64,000 nt of DNA, from assembly GCA_964536935.1 (NCBI GenBank), contig CAZIBD010000006.1, positions 2,076 to 66,075 of the forward strand, read 5' to 3'. Of the stretch, positions 36,567 through 47,971 are shown in pieces. Every line of letters begins with the position of its first letter. The stretch's first letter is position 1. The notes beneath the pieces were generated by a model. The model was not told the DNA's origin. It was given only the letters and a program-made list of their open reading frames with translations, and made no database searches. The position numbers and the translations under genes were made by a program. Source of the DNA: an uncultured bacterium (lineage in GTDB: Bacteria > Deinococcota > Deinococci > Deinococcales > Trueperaceae).

Positions 36567-36873
36567 GCCTGGTCTGGAACGAGGCTGAACCCGTCTACCA
36601 TCCCTCCCGAGCGCGTTTCCGGCACGGGGGTCGCCTTCGGGAGCTCCGATCCCACCCCTCTCGACGCGATCGGTGCCCGCGGGGACCAGCGGGCGCCGGT
36701 CCTTGTCCATCGAGCCCCGGACCCGCCCCCCTTCGGCCCGCCACGTGGCGTAGGCTTGGAAAGGTTGATCAGGCCGGCGGGGGCTCGGCGGTCCTCGTGG
36801 TCGAATCGAACGAACCGATCGCACGTGTCCCGTACGCTTCGGACGCGCGCGGCAGCGAGGAGCACAACACACC

Positions 36874-39132
<2,259 letters not shown>

Positions 39133-39255
39133 GCTGAAGCCTGGGCTGAACGACGTCGCGGCCGCCCGGTCTATGCTAGGGGCCTCAACGCCCGGTTCGA
39201 CGCCATCCGTGGCGACTCCCCGTCGGCCGGACATGCGGGTCTCCGGAGCGTGGCC

Positions 39256-39429
39256 ATGGACACCAACGCCTTCCTGGGTTTCGCCGGCATCATCGTTCTG
39301 CTGTTGCTGTGGAGCTGGTACTCGAAAGAGCGCGGCTTCGGTGGCGGTTTCATGGCTGCGGTGGTCACGCTCGTGATCCTCGGCGCCATCGCGGTCCTGG
39401 TCGTGAGGCTGTTGGGGTTCAGGGTGTGA
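39256..39429 (+). CDS. Possible 57-aa two-TM membrane protein (below the ORF-track size cut-off)
   Basis: ATG 39256 with GGAG 8 nt upstream. MDTNAFLGFAGIIVLLLLWSWYSKERGFGGGFMAAVVTLVILGAIAVLVVRLLGFRV. Two clean hydrophobic helices joined by a KERG loop. It lies in an otherwise empty 450-nt gap. Confidence 0.3.
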   Translation: MDTNAFLGFAGIIVLLLLWSWYSKERGFGGGFMAAVVTLVILGAIAVLVVRLLGFRV

Positions 39430-39581
39430 GGGTTCCCCCGGTCGGCTCGGCACGGGCCTCGGGCGAGGGGCCTCGCGCTCCCAGACAAGGCTTGTCCTGC
39501 ACGACCCCTTGAGGCAGTTTCCGGCACTCCCACGGGCGGTACCGTGATGTGTAGGCACTCTGCGAGAGGAACGGTACCGGC

Positions 39582-41252
39582 ATGACATCCCACGCGCGAA
39601 CGGTACGGGCCCCCCGAGGCACCCAGCGCACCTGCAAGGGCTGGCAGCAGGAGGCCGCTCTGCGGATGCTGATGAACAACCTCGATCCCGAGGTCGCCGA
39701 GAAGCCGGACGAGCTCGTCGTCTACGGGGGCAGCGGGCGCGCCGCTCGCAGCTGGGAGGCGTTCGACGTCATCGTGGCGACGCTGAAGCGCCTGGAGAAC
39801 GACGAGACGTTGTTGGTCCAATCGGGCAAGCCGGTCGGCGTCTTCCGCACCCACGAGATGGCGCCACGCGTGCTCATCGTGAACGCCATGCTGGTACCGG
39901 CCTGGTCGACCTGGGAGGAGTTCCGGCGGCTGGAGGCCGCGGGGCTCACCATGTTCGGGCAGATGACGGCCGGCTCCTGGATCTACATCGGGACCCAGGG
40001 CATCCTCCAGGGCACCTACGAGACGTTCGCCGAGGCCGCCGCTCAGCACTTCGGGGGCGACCTGGCCGGGCGCTGGGTGTTGACCGCCGGGTGCGGCGGC
40101 ATGGGCGGGGCCCAGCCGTTGGCGGTCACCATGAACGGCGGCGTGTGCCTCATCGTCGAGGTCGACCCCCAGAGGCTCGAGCGCCGCCTGAAGACGCGCT
40201 ACCTCGACGAGATCGCGGACGATCTGGACGACGCCCTCACCCGGGTGGACCGCGCCACGGCCGCGCGCGAGGCCCGCTCCATCGGACTGGTGGGCAACGC
40301 GGCCGACGTCTTCCCCGAGCTGGTCCGGCTGGGCAAGGTCCCCGACCTCACCACCGACCAGACCTCGGCCCATGACGCGCTCAACGGCTACGTGCCCCGG
40401 GGCGTCACGCTCGCCGAAGCGGCGACGCTCCGCAAGACGGACCCCCACGCCTACATCGAGCGGGCGATGAGCAGCATGGCCGAGCACGTGCGCGCCATGC
40501 TGGCCCTCCAGGACGAAGGATCCATCGTCTTCGACTACGGCAACAACCTGAGGCAGCAGGCGCACGACGCCGGGGTGGAGCACGCGTTCGACTTCCCCGG
40601 CTTCGTGCCCGCCTTCGTCCGGCCGTTGTTCTGCGAGGGCAAGGGACCCTTCCGCTGGGCCGCCCTGTCGGGCGATCCCGCGGACATCGCGCGGATCGAC
40701 CGCGCCATCCTGGAAGCGTTCCCTCACGATGAGCGGCTGAGGCGCTGGATCGGCATGGCGAGCGAGCGGGTGGCCTTCCAGGGCCTGCCCGCCCGCATCT
40801 GCTGGCTCGGCTATGGCGATCGTGCCCGCCTCGGCGGCATCATGAACGACCTGGTGGCCTCCGGCGAGGTGAGCGCTCCCATCGTGATCGGTCGCGACCA
40901 CCTCGACAGCGGTTCGGTGGCTTCGCCCAATCGTGAGACGGAGGCGATGAGGGACGGCAGCGACGCCATCGCAGACTGGCCGATCCTCAACGCTCTTCTC
41001 AACACCGCGGCCGGCGCGAGCTGGGTGTCGGTGCACCACGGTGGCGGCGTCGGCATCGGCTACGCCATCCACGCAGGGATGGTGGTCGTGGCGGACGGCA
41101 CGCCGCAGGCCGCGGAGCGCCTGCAGCGCGTGCTCACCACCGACCCCGGGAGCGGCGTCATGCGGCACGCCGACGCCGGCTACCCCGAGGCCATCCGCAC
41201 GGCGCGCGAGAAGGACATCGACCTGCCGATGCTCCTCTCCGACGAGGCTTGA
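39582..41252 (+). CDS. hutU: Urocanate hydratase
   Basis: 556 aa. [50 protein letters not shown] and GMGGAQPLA are highly conserved urocanase blocks. Confidence 0.95.
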   Translation: MTSHARTVRAPRGTQRTCKGWQQEAALRMLMNNLDPEVAEKPDELVVYGGSGRAARSWEAFDVIVATLKRLENDETLLVQSGKPVGVFRTHEMAPRVLIVNAMLVPAWSTWEEFRRLEAAGLTMFGQMTAGSWIYIGTQGILQGTYETFAEAAAQHFGGDLAGRWVLTAGCGGMGGAQPLAVTMNGGVCLIVEVDPQRLERRLKTRYLDEIADDLDDALTRVDRATAAREARSIGLVGNAADVFPELVRLGKVPDLTTDQTSAHDALNGYVPRGVTLAEAATLRKTDPHAYIERAMSSMAEHVRAMLALQDEGSIVFDYGNNLRQQAHDAGVEHAFDFPGFVPAFVRPLFCEGKGPFRWAALSGDPADIARIDRAILEAFPHDERLRRWIGMASERVAFQGLPARICWLGYGDRARLGGIMNDLVASGEVSAPIVIGRDHLDSGSVASPNRETEAMRDGSDAIADWPILNALLNTAAGASWVSVHHGGGVGIGYAIHAGMVVVADGTPQAAERLQRVLTTDPGSGVMRHADAGYPEAIRTAREKDIDLPMLLSDEA

Positions 41253-42559
41253 GCGTGACGCCCGTACCGGCAGACGGGCGCGAGCGTCACGCCACCCTGC
41301 TGGTCCGTCACGCCGATCAGCTCGTCACCGTGGCCGGTCACAGCGACCACCCGGCGACAGGGACGGGCCTGCGCGAGGTAGGCCTCGTCGCCGACGGAGC
41401 GGTGGCGGTGGCCGGGGACCGCGTGCTCGCGGCCGGCCCTACGGTCGAGGTCGAACGCTCGATATCGCTCGTCGACGGAGCGGAGGTCATCGACGCGGTG
41501 GGCAAGACGGTGCTGCCCGGATTCGTCGACCCGCACACGCACCTGGTGTTCGCCGGCAGCCGCGAGTCCGAGCTCCCGCAGCGCCTCGCAGGCGCCTCCT
41601 ACCTCGAGATCCTGCAGGCCGGCGGCGGCATCATGAGTACCGTGCGCGCGACGCGGACGGAGGACGAGGAGACGCTGGCCCGGCTCACCCGAGCCCGTCT
41701 CGACGCCGCCCTGAGCTACGGCACGACCACGGTGGAGATCAAGAGCGGCTACGGGCTCGCGACGGACGCGGAGCTCAAGCAGCTGCGCGCGGCACGGCGC
41801 GCCGCACGCGGCCACACGGTGCGGGCGGTGGCCACCTTCCTGGGCGCGCATGCCGTGCCCCCGGAGGACGCGGGCGAGCCGGACCGCTACCTCGACCGCG
41901 TCGTCCACGAGATGATCCCCGCCGTCGCCGACGCCGATCTGGCTGCGTTCTGCGACGTCTTTTGCGAACCGGGGGTGTTCACGGTGGCGCAGTCGCGTCG
42001 CGTGCTGGAGGCCGGCCTCGCCGCCGGGCTGCGCCCCAAGCTCCACGCCGACGAGCTCTCGCCCGGGGGCGGTGCGGAGCTCGCCGCGGAGCTCGGCGCC
42101 ATCTCCGCCGACCACCTCGTTCACGCCTCCGATCGAGGGTTGGAGCGGATGGCGGCCGCCGGTGTGGTGGCCGTGCTGCTACCGGGCACGACCTTCAGCC
42201 TTATGGGGAACCGCTACGCTCCGGCGCGCCGGATGGTCGAGGCGGGCGTGGCCGTCGCCCTGGCCACGGACGCCAACCCCGGCTCGAGCCCTACCGAGTC
42301 GATGCAGATGATCCTCAACCTGGCATGCCTGCAGCTTCGCCTTTCCCCCGAGGAGGCCATCGTGGCCGCCACCATCAACGCCGCGCACGCCATCGGCCTC
42401 GCCGCCGAGGTCGGCTCCATCGAGGTCGGCAAGCGTGCCGACCTGGTGCTCTACGACGCGCCCGGCTACGCCTACCTCCCCTACCACTACGGGACGAACC
42501 TGGCCGAAAGCGTCATCGCCGCGGGTCGTGTGGCGTGGGAACGGGGCGGTTGGCGATGA
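41249..42559 (+). CDS. hutI: Imidazolonepropionase
   Basis: Amidohydrolase metal motif [14 protein letters not shown], plus [12 protein letters not shown] and TDANPGSSP. Overlaps the hutU stop. GTG start is tentative. Confidence 0.9.
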   Translation: MSVTPVPADGRERHATLLVRHADQLVTVAGHSDHPATGTGLREVGLVADGAVAVAGDRVLAAGPTVEVERSISLVDGAEVIDAVGKTVLPGFVDPHTHLVFAGSRESELPQRLAGASYLEILQAGGGIMSTVRATRTEDEETLARLTRARLDAALSYGTTTVEIKSGYGLATDAELKQLRAARRAARGHTVRAVATFLGAHAVPPEDAGEPDRYLDRVVHEMIPAVADADLAAFCDVFCEPGVFTVAQSRRVLEAGLAAGLRPKLHADELSPGGGAELAAELGAISADHLVHASDRGLERMAAAGVVAVLLPGTTFSLMGNRYAPARRMVEAGVAVALATDANPGSSPTESMQMILNLACLQLRLSPEEAIVAATINAAHAIGLAAEVGSIEVGKRADLVLYDAPGYAYLPYHYGTNLAESVIAAGRVAWERGGWR

Positions 42560-43488
42560 GCGAGCGCTACTCCGCCGATCTCGCGCCCACCGGCGTTGCC
42601 ACCTTCTTCAAGGCGCCCCTGGTCGAGCGCTTCGAGGCCTGCGGAGGGACCGTGGCGCTGCTCGGTGTGCCCCACGACCTCGGCGTCGGCTACCGGCCGG
42701 GCGCCCGCTTCGGCCCACGTGCCGTCCGCGAGGCATCGACGCGCCTCGGACCGATTCCCGAGGGGGGTCTGTTCGATGTCGAGCGCAACCGCCGCGTGCT
42801 GAGCGGCAAGCGGCTGGTGGACGCGGGCGACGTGGACGTGCTGCGGACCCAGCCGGGGCCGACCCTGGAGCGGGTGGAGGCGAGCGTGGCCGCGCTGGCC
42901 CGCGCCGGCGCCTTCCCGGTGCTGATCGGCGGCGACCACTCGGCTACCGGCGCCGCCGTTCGCGCGCTGGCGACGCGCCAGGACTTCGGCATTCTCCAGA
43001 TCGACGCTCACCTGGACGTCAGCGACGAGGTGATGGGGAGTCGCGACACGAGTAGCAGCCCACTGAGGCGAGCAGCCGAGACCCAGGGTGTCGGTCACAT
43101 CGTGCAGGTCGGCGTCCGCGGAGCCCGCATCACGCAGGCGGCCTACCGCGAGGCGCGTGCGCGCGGGAACCTGGTGCTCACGCGGGAGCAGATGCGGGAC
43201 CCTGCACGCTGGGACGCCGTGCTCGAGGCGCTCGCCGGTATGGAGCGCTGCTACGTGACGCTCGACATGGACGGTTTCGACCCCTCCATCGCGCCAGGTG
43301 TCTCCTCACCCGAGCCCGGCGGCTTCACCTACCCCGAGGTGCGCCGGCTTCTCCAGCAGGCAGCGGAGCGCACCGAGATCGTCGGCTTCGACGTGATGGA
43401 GACCAACCCGCTGGTCGATGCGAACGGCGCCACCGCCTACCTGGCCGCGGTCGCCACCCTGGACCTGCTCGGCGCCTGCTTCCCCTGA
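42556..43488 (+). CDS. hutG: Arginase-family ureohydrolase, probable formimidoylglutamase
   Basis: ATG 42556 overlaps the hutI stop (ATGA). Mn-binding motifs GGDHSAT, IDAHLD and TLDMDGFDPSIAPG. The assignment as hutG, rather than agmatinase or guanidinobutyrase, rests on operon context. Confidence 0.7.
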   Translation: MSERYSADLAPTGVATFFKAPLVERFEACGGTVALLGVPHDLGVGYRPGARFGPRAVREASTRLGPIPEGGLFDVERNRRVLSGKRLVDAGDVDVLRTQPGPTLERVEASVAALARAGAFPVLIGGDHSATGAAVRALATRQDFGILQIDAHLDVSDEVMGSRDTSSSPLRRAAETQGVGHIVQVGVRGARITQAAYREARARGNLVLTREQMRDPARWDAVLEALAGMERCYVTLDMDGFDPSIAPGVSSPEPGGFTYPEVRRLLQQAAERTEIVGFDVMETNPLVDANGATAYLAAVATLDLLGACFP

Positions 43489-43578
43489 GCCGCTCCGCCT
43501 GCCGGGCCAAGCACGCGGCGGCGACGTACGACGGAGCCCGACCACGAGCGGCGAGGACGGTCGAGCTACACTCGGGGC

Positions 43579-46500
43579 GTGGCCGACGCGCTCGCCCCGT
43601 TCCATCCCCTGGTCCGGCGGTGGTTCCTGGAAGCAATGGGCGAGCCGACGCCGGTGCAGGAGGCGGCCTGGCCCGTGATCGCCGCCGGTGAGCACGCCCT
43701 CGTCACGGCGCCCACCGGGAGCGGGAAGACCCTCACCGCCTTCCTGCTGGCGCTCGACCGTCTCGTGACCGGCGCCTGGGAACCCGGCCGCACCCGCGTG
43801 CTCTACGTCTCCCCGCTCCGCGCGCTCAACAACGACATCCGCCGCAACCTGCTGGTCCCGCTCGCCGGACTGCGACGGACCTTCGAGGCCACGGGCGCCG
43901 CGTTCCCCGATCTCACCGTGCTCACCCGCAGCGGGGACACGCCTCAGAGCGAGCGGCGCCGCATGCTGAGGCGGCCCCCGGAGATCCTCATCACCACGCC
44001 CGAGAGCCTCAACCTGCTGCTGTCGAGCCGCGGCGGCGAAGGGCTGCTCGGTGACCTGCGAACCGTCATCCTGGACGAGATCCACGCCGTAGCGGACAGC
44101 AAGCGCGGCACCCATCTCATCACCGCGGTGGAGCGCCTCACCGCCCTCTCCGGCGAGGTACAGCGCGTCGCCCTCTCCGCCACCGTGCGCCCCCTGCAGA
44201 GCGTGGCGCGCTTCGTGGGCGGTTACCGCCGCACGGGACACGGCGCCGCCGCGGATTACGAGCCTCGCCCGGTGCGCATCGTCGAGGCACCCATGGCCAA
44301 GCGCTACGAGCTCACGGTGGCGTTCCCGCGGCGGCGACCCGAGGATCCGGTGGAGGGCTCCATCTGGCCGGCCGTCGTGCGCGACCTCCAGCGCCGCCTC
44401 GCGAGCGCGCGATCCACCCTGATCTTCTGCAACAACCGCGCCCTCACCGAGCGCCTCGCCATGCTGCTCAACCGCGACGAGCCCACCCCGATCGCCTACG
44501 CCCATCACGGTGCGCTGTCCCGAGAGCTTCGTCTCGAGGTCGAACGGCGCCTGAAGGCCGGCGAGCTGCGCGCGATCCTCGCCACCGCAAGCCTGGAGCT
44601 CGGCATCGACGTCGGCGCGGTCGAGCAGGTCGTGCTGGTGCAGGCTCCGCCGTCGGTCGCGGCGGCCCTCCAGCGACTCGGGCGGGCGGGGCACCGCGTG
44701 GGCGAGACGAGCCGCGGCGTCATCCTCGCGACCTTCGGCCAGGACGCCGTGGACGCCGCGGTGCTGGCACAGGCCGTGGCACGGGCCGACATCGAGGAGC
44801 TCCGCCCCGTGCAGGGCGCACTCGACGTGCTTGCGCAGGTGCTCGTCTCGATGACGGGGCTCCGCGGCTGGGACATCGACGAGCTCTACGCCGCGGTCCG
44901 GGAGGGCTGGCCCTACCACGAGCTGCCCCGCCGCGAGTTCGACCTGGTGCTGGAGATGCTCGCGGGCCGCTTCGAAGACACCCGCGTGCGCGAGCTCCGT
45001 CCGCGGCTGTCGATCGACCGCCTCGAAAACACCGTCGAGGCGCGCCGGGGCGCCCTCCAGGCGCTCTACGCCTCGGGCGGCACCATCCCCAACCGCGGCT
45101 ACTACCAGCTCCGACACGCGAGCAGCCGCGCCCGCATCGGGGAGCTCGACGAGGAGTTCGTGTGGGAGGCTCGCGTCGGCGACGTCTTCACGCTCGGCAG
45201 CCAGACCTGGCGCATCGAGTCGATCAGCCACAACGACGTTCTGGTGCTGCCGGCCGCGCGCTCCTCAGGCGCCCCCTTCTGGAAGGGCGAGGCGCTCGAC
45301 CGCGACCCTCACTACGCCGAGCTGGTGGCGAGCCTTCTAGAACGTGCGGAGGGCTGGCTGGCTGCGGGCGAGGGGGCGGAGCGCCTGGCCGCGGAGCTTC
45401 CCGTCGACCGCGCCACCGCCGAGGCGATGGCGAGCTACCTCGAGCGCCAGCGGGCGGCGACGGCGGCGCCGCTCCCTCACCGACACCACGTCCTGGTGGA
45501 GCGGGTCGAGGCGGGCTGGGGGGAGGGAGAGGCGCTGCAGGTGATCGTGCACACGCACTGGGGCGGCCGCCTCAACCGCCCGTTCGCGTTGGCGCTGGCG
45601 GCCGCCTGGGAAGAGCGCCACGGCCACCATCTCGAGGTCGTCCCCGACAACCAGGCGGTCGGCGTCCTGCTCCCCGCCGATGCCGACCCCGCCTCCCTGC
45701 TCGAGCTCGTGGACGGGACCCGGCTCGACGCTCTCCTGCGCGCCGGGCTCGAGCGCAGCGGCTTCTTCGGCGCCCGTTTCCGCGAGGCCGCGGGCCGGGC
45801 GCTCCTGGTCACGCGCGCCGGCCCGCAGCAGCGCTTGCCGCTGTGGGTGACGCGCCTCCGCGCCCAGAAGCTGCTGAGTGCGGTCTGGGGCACGCCGGAC
45901 TTCCCGATCTTGTTGGAGGCGTGGCGCACCTGCCTGCACGACGCTTTCGACCTTCCGGCGCTGCGCGAGCGGCTGGCCGAGCTGGCGCGAGGTGAGATCC
46001 GGGTGGGCTACGCGTCGACGTTGGAGGCCAGCCCGTTCGCGGCCTCGCTGGTATGGGGCCAGACCAACGCCTTCATGTACATGGACGACACGCCGTCGGG
46101 CCTGCCCGGCGCGCGTTCGGGGTTGAGCCAGGACCTGCTGGCGGAGGTGGCGCGCTCGCCCGACCTCCGGCCGCTCGTCGATCCCGAGCTGGTCGAGCGC
46201 TTCGAGCGCAAGCGGCAGCGGCTCGAGCTGGGCTACGCGCCCGAGACGGTGCGCGAGCTCTTCGACTGGGTCAAGGAACGAGTCCTGGTACCGGAGCCGG
46301 AGTGGCGCGCCCTGGCGGAGCGGTTGACGTTCGATGCGGGCGACGCGCTGGCGGGCCCGCTGACCTGGCTGGAGCCGCCCGGCGCCGAGCATCGCGCCGT
46401 CGTCGCGCTGGAGGACGAGGATCGTCTGCGAACCGCCCTGGGCATCGGTCCGGAAGCCGGGGAGCCCGGGGAGCTCGAGCGCCTGCTGGGCGGCTGGCTC

Positions 46501-47943
46501 CAGGCCTACGGACCGGTCGACACCGCCTACGTACGCGGCGTGTGGGGCCTGGGGGACTCCGAGCTCGACGGCGTCCTAGACGCTCTCGTCGAGACCGATC
46601 GGGTGGTTCGCGGCAGCATCACGGCCGTGTCCGTGGACGAGGTCTGCGACGCCGAGAACCTGCAGGCGCTCCTGCGGATGTTGCGCCGGCAGCAGGCACC
46701 CACTCTGGAGCCGCTGCCTCCGGAGGCCCTCCAGCCCTTCCTGGCCGACCGTCAACGGGTGGGGCGCGAGGCAACGCTCAGCGAGGCGCTCGAGCCGCTG
46801 CTCGGCCTGCCGGCCGCGGCGGGGCTGTGGGAAAGCGAGATCCTGCCGGCGCGCGTGCCCGGCTACGACCTCCGGCGACTCGACGCGCTCGCGGGCGAGA
46901 CCGGGCTGACGTGGCTCGGCGTCGGCGACCAGAGGATCACCTTCGCGCTCCCCGACGAGCTGGGCCTTCTCGACAACCCCGTCGACGAGACCGAGCGTGG
47001 GCGGCTCCGTACCCGCCTGGCGCAGCTCTTCCCCGACCCGCTCGGCCGCTACGACTTCGAGACGCTTCTCGGCCGCGCGGGGCTCGGCACGGGCGAGCTG
47101 ACGACGCTGTTGTGGCGCGGTACCTGGGCGGGCGTCGTCGCCAACGACGCCCTGGCTACCTTGCGCCAGGGCCTGGCCAGCGGTTTCCGACCCGCCGGAG
47201 GGGGCCGGGCGGCCGCCGCCGATGCGGTAGGCAGGCCGCCGCGCGGGCGAGCCGCCTTCGCACGCTGGCGCAGCAGCCGCCCGTTCACCGGAAGCTGGCG
47301 TCTGCTGGAGGAGCCCCAGCCCGAGGAGGACGGTCTCGCCGCGCTGGAGCGCGACAAGGACCGCGTACGGCTGGTCGTCGAACGCTACGGCGTCGTGTTT
47401 CGCGAGCTGCTCGAGCGCGAGCTGCCCGCCCTGCGCTGGGGACGCCTGTTCCGGGCTCTGCGGCTGTTGGAGCTGGCGGGCGAGGTGGTGGGGGGGCACT
47501 TCTTCGAGGGCGTCTCCGGGCTGCAGTTCGCCGACCGCCGGGCGCTCGCCCGGCTGCGCTCGCCGCCCGATGCCCGGCCCTTCTGGCTCAACGCGGCCGA
47601 TCCGGCGGCGGTCACCGGACTGGGGCTCGAGGCCTGGCGCGGCCGTCTGCCCAGCCGTGTGCCCTCGACCCATCTCGGCTTCCGTGGCGAGGAGCTCGTC
47701 GTCGTGTCGCGCCGCACGGTCGCGGACCTCCGCATCGACGCGGACCCCGAGGACCCCGACCTCTCCACGCTGCTGGGATTCGTGCCCCACCTGCTGACGC
47801 GGGCGACGCAGCCGAGCCGTCACCTGACGGTGCGCTCGATCAACGGCCGGGCCGCGGCCGAATCGCCGTTCCGGACCGCGTTGGCAGCGCTCGCCGAGGT
47901 GACAGCCGAAGGGGACGCGCTGACGTTGTTCAAGCGCTACTGA
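43579..47943 (+). CDS. lhr: Lhr-type large ATP-dependent helicase (SF2 DEAD/DEAH core + Lhr C-terminal extension)
   Basis: 1454 aa. N-terminus FHPLVRRWFLEAMGEPTPVQEAAWPVIAAGEHALVTAPTGSGKTLTAF. DEIH box VILDEIHAV. Helicase C motifs. Size and N-terminal signature match full-length bacterial Lhr. Confidence 0.9.
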   Translation: MADALAPFHPLVRRWFLEAMGEPTPVQEAAWPVIAAGEHALVTAPTGSGKTLTAFLLALDRLVTGAWEPGRTRVLYVSPLRALNNDIRRNLLVPLAGLRRTFEATGAAFPDLTVLTRSGDTPQSERRRMLRRPPEILITTPESLNLLLSSRGGEGLLGDLRTVILDEIHAVADSKRGTHLITAVERLTALSGEVQRVALSATVRPLQSVARFVGGYRRTGHGAAADYEPRPVRIVEAPMAKRYELTVAFPRRRPEDPVEGSIWPAVVRDLQRRLASARSTLIFCNNRALTERLAMLLNRDEPTPIAYAHHGALSRELRLEVERRLKAGELRAILATASLELGIDVGAVEQVVLVQAPPSVAAALQRLGRAGHRVGETSRGVILATFGQDAVDAAVLAQAVARADIEELRPVQGALDVLAQVLVSMTGLRGWDIDELYAAVREGWPYHELPRREFDLVLEMLAGRFEDTRVRELRPRLSIDRLENTVEARRGALQALYASGGTIPNRGYYQLRHASSRARIGELDEEFVWEARVGDVFTLGSQTWRIESISHNDVLVLPAARSSGAPFWKGEALDRDPHYAELVASLLERAEGWLAAGEGAERLAAELPVDRATAEAMASYLERQRAATAAPLPHRHHVLVERVEAGWGEGEALQVIVHTHWGGRLNRPFALALAAAWEERHGHHLEVVPDNQAVGVLLPADADPASLLELVDGTRLDALLRAGLERSGFFGARFREAAGRALLVTRAGPQQRLPLWVTRLRAQKLLSAVWGTPDFPILLEAWRTCLHDAFDLPALRERLAELARGEIRVGYASTLEASPFAASLVWGQTNAFMYMDDTPSGLPGARSGLSQDLLAEVARSPDLRPLVDPELVERFERKRQRLELGYAPETVRELFDWVKERVLVPEPEWRALAERLTFDAGDALAGPLTWLEPPGAEHRAVVALEDEDRLRTALGIGPEAGEPGELERLLGGWLQAYGPVDTAYVRGVWGLGDSELDGVLDALVETDRVVRGSITAVSVDEVCDAENLQALLRMLRRQQAPTLEPLPPEALQPFLADRQRVGREATLSEALEPLLGLPAAAGLWESEILPARVPGYDLRRLDALAGETGLTWLGVGDQRITFALPDELGLLDNPVDETERGRLRTRLAQLFPDPLGRYDFETLLGRAGLGTGELTTLLWRGTWAGVVANDALATLRQGLASGFRPAGGGRAAAADAVGRPPRGRAAFARWRSSRPFTGSWRLLEEPQPEEDGLAALERDKDRVRLVVERYGVVFRELLERELPALRWGRLFRALRLLELAGEVVGGHFFEGVSGLQFADRRALARLRSPPDARPFWLNAADPAAVTGLGLEAWRGRLPSRVPSTHLGFRGEELVVVSRRTVADLRIDADPEDPDLSTLLGFVPHLLTRATQPSRHLTVRSINGRAAAESPFRTALAALAEVTAEGDALTLFKRY

Positions 47944-47971
47944 TCCCGGCATCCCGTACAATGTCTCCACT

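Noticed and set aside
41041-43488. An 815-aa ORF spanning hutU, hutI and hutG, and the analogous 684-aa ORF 22800..24854.
   Set aside because: The N-terminal parts are out-of-frame readings across neighbouring genes. The true genes start at ATG 42556 (arginase-family motifs) and ATG 23553 (FtsX permease).
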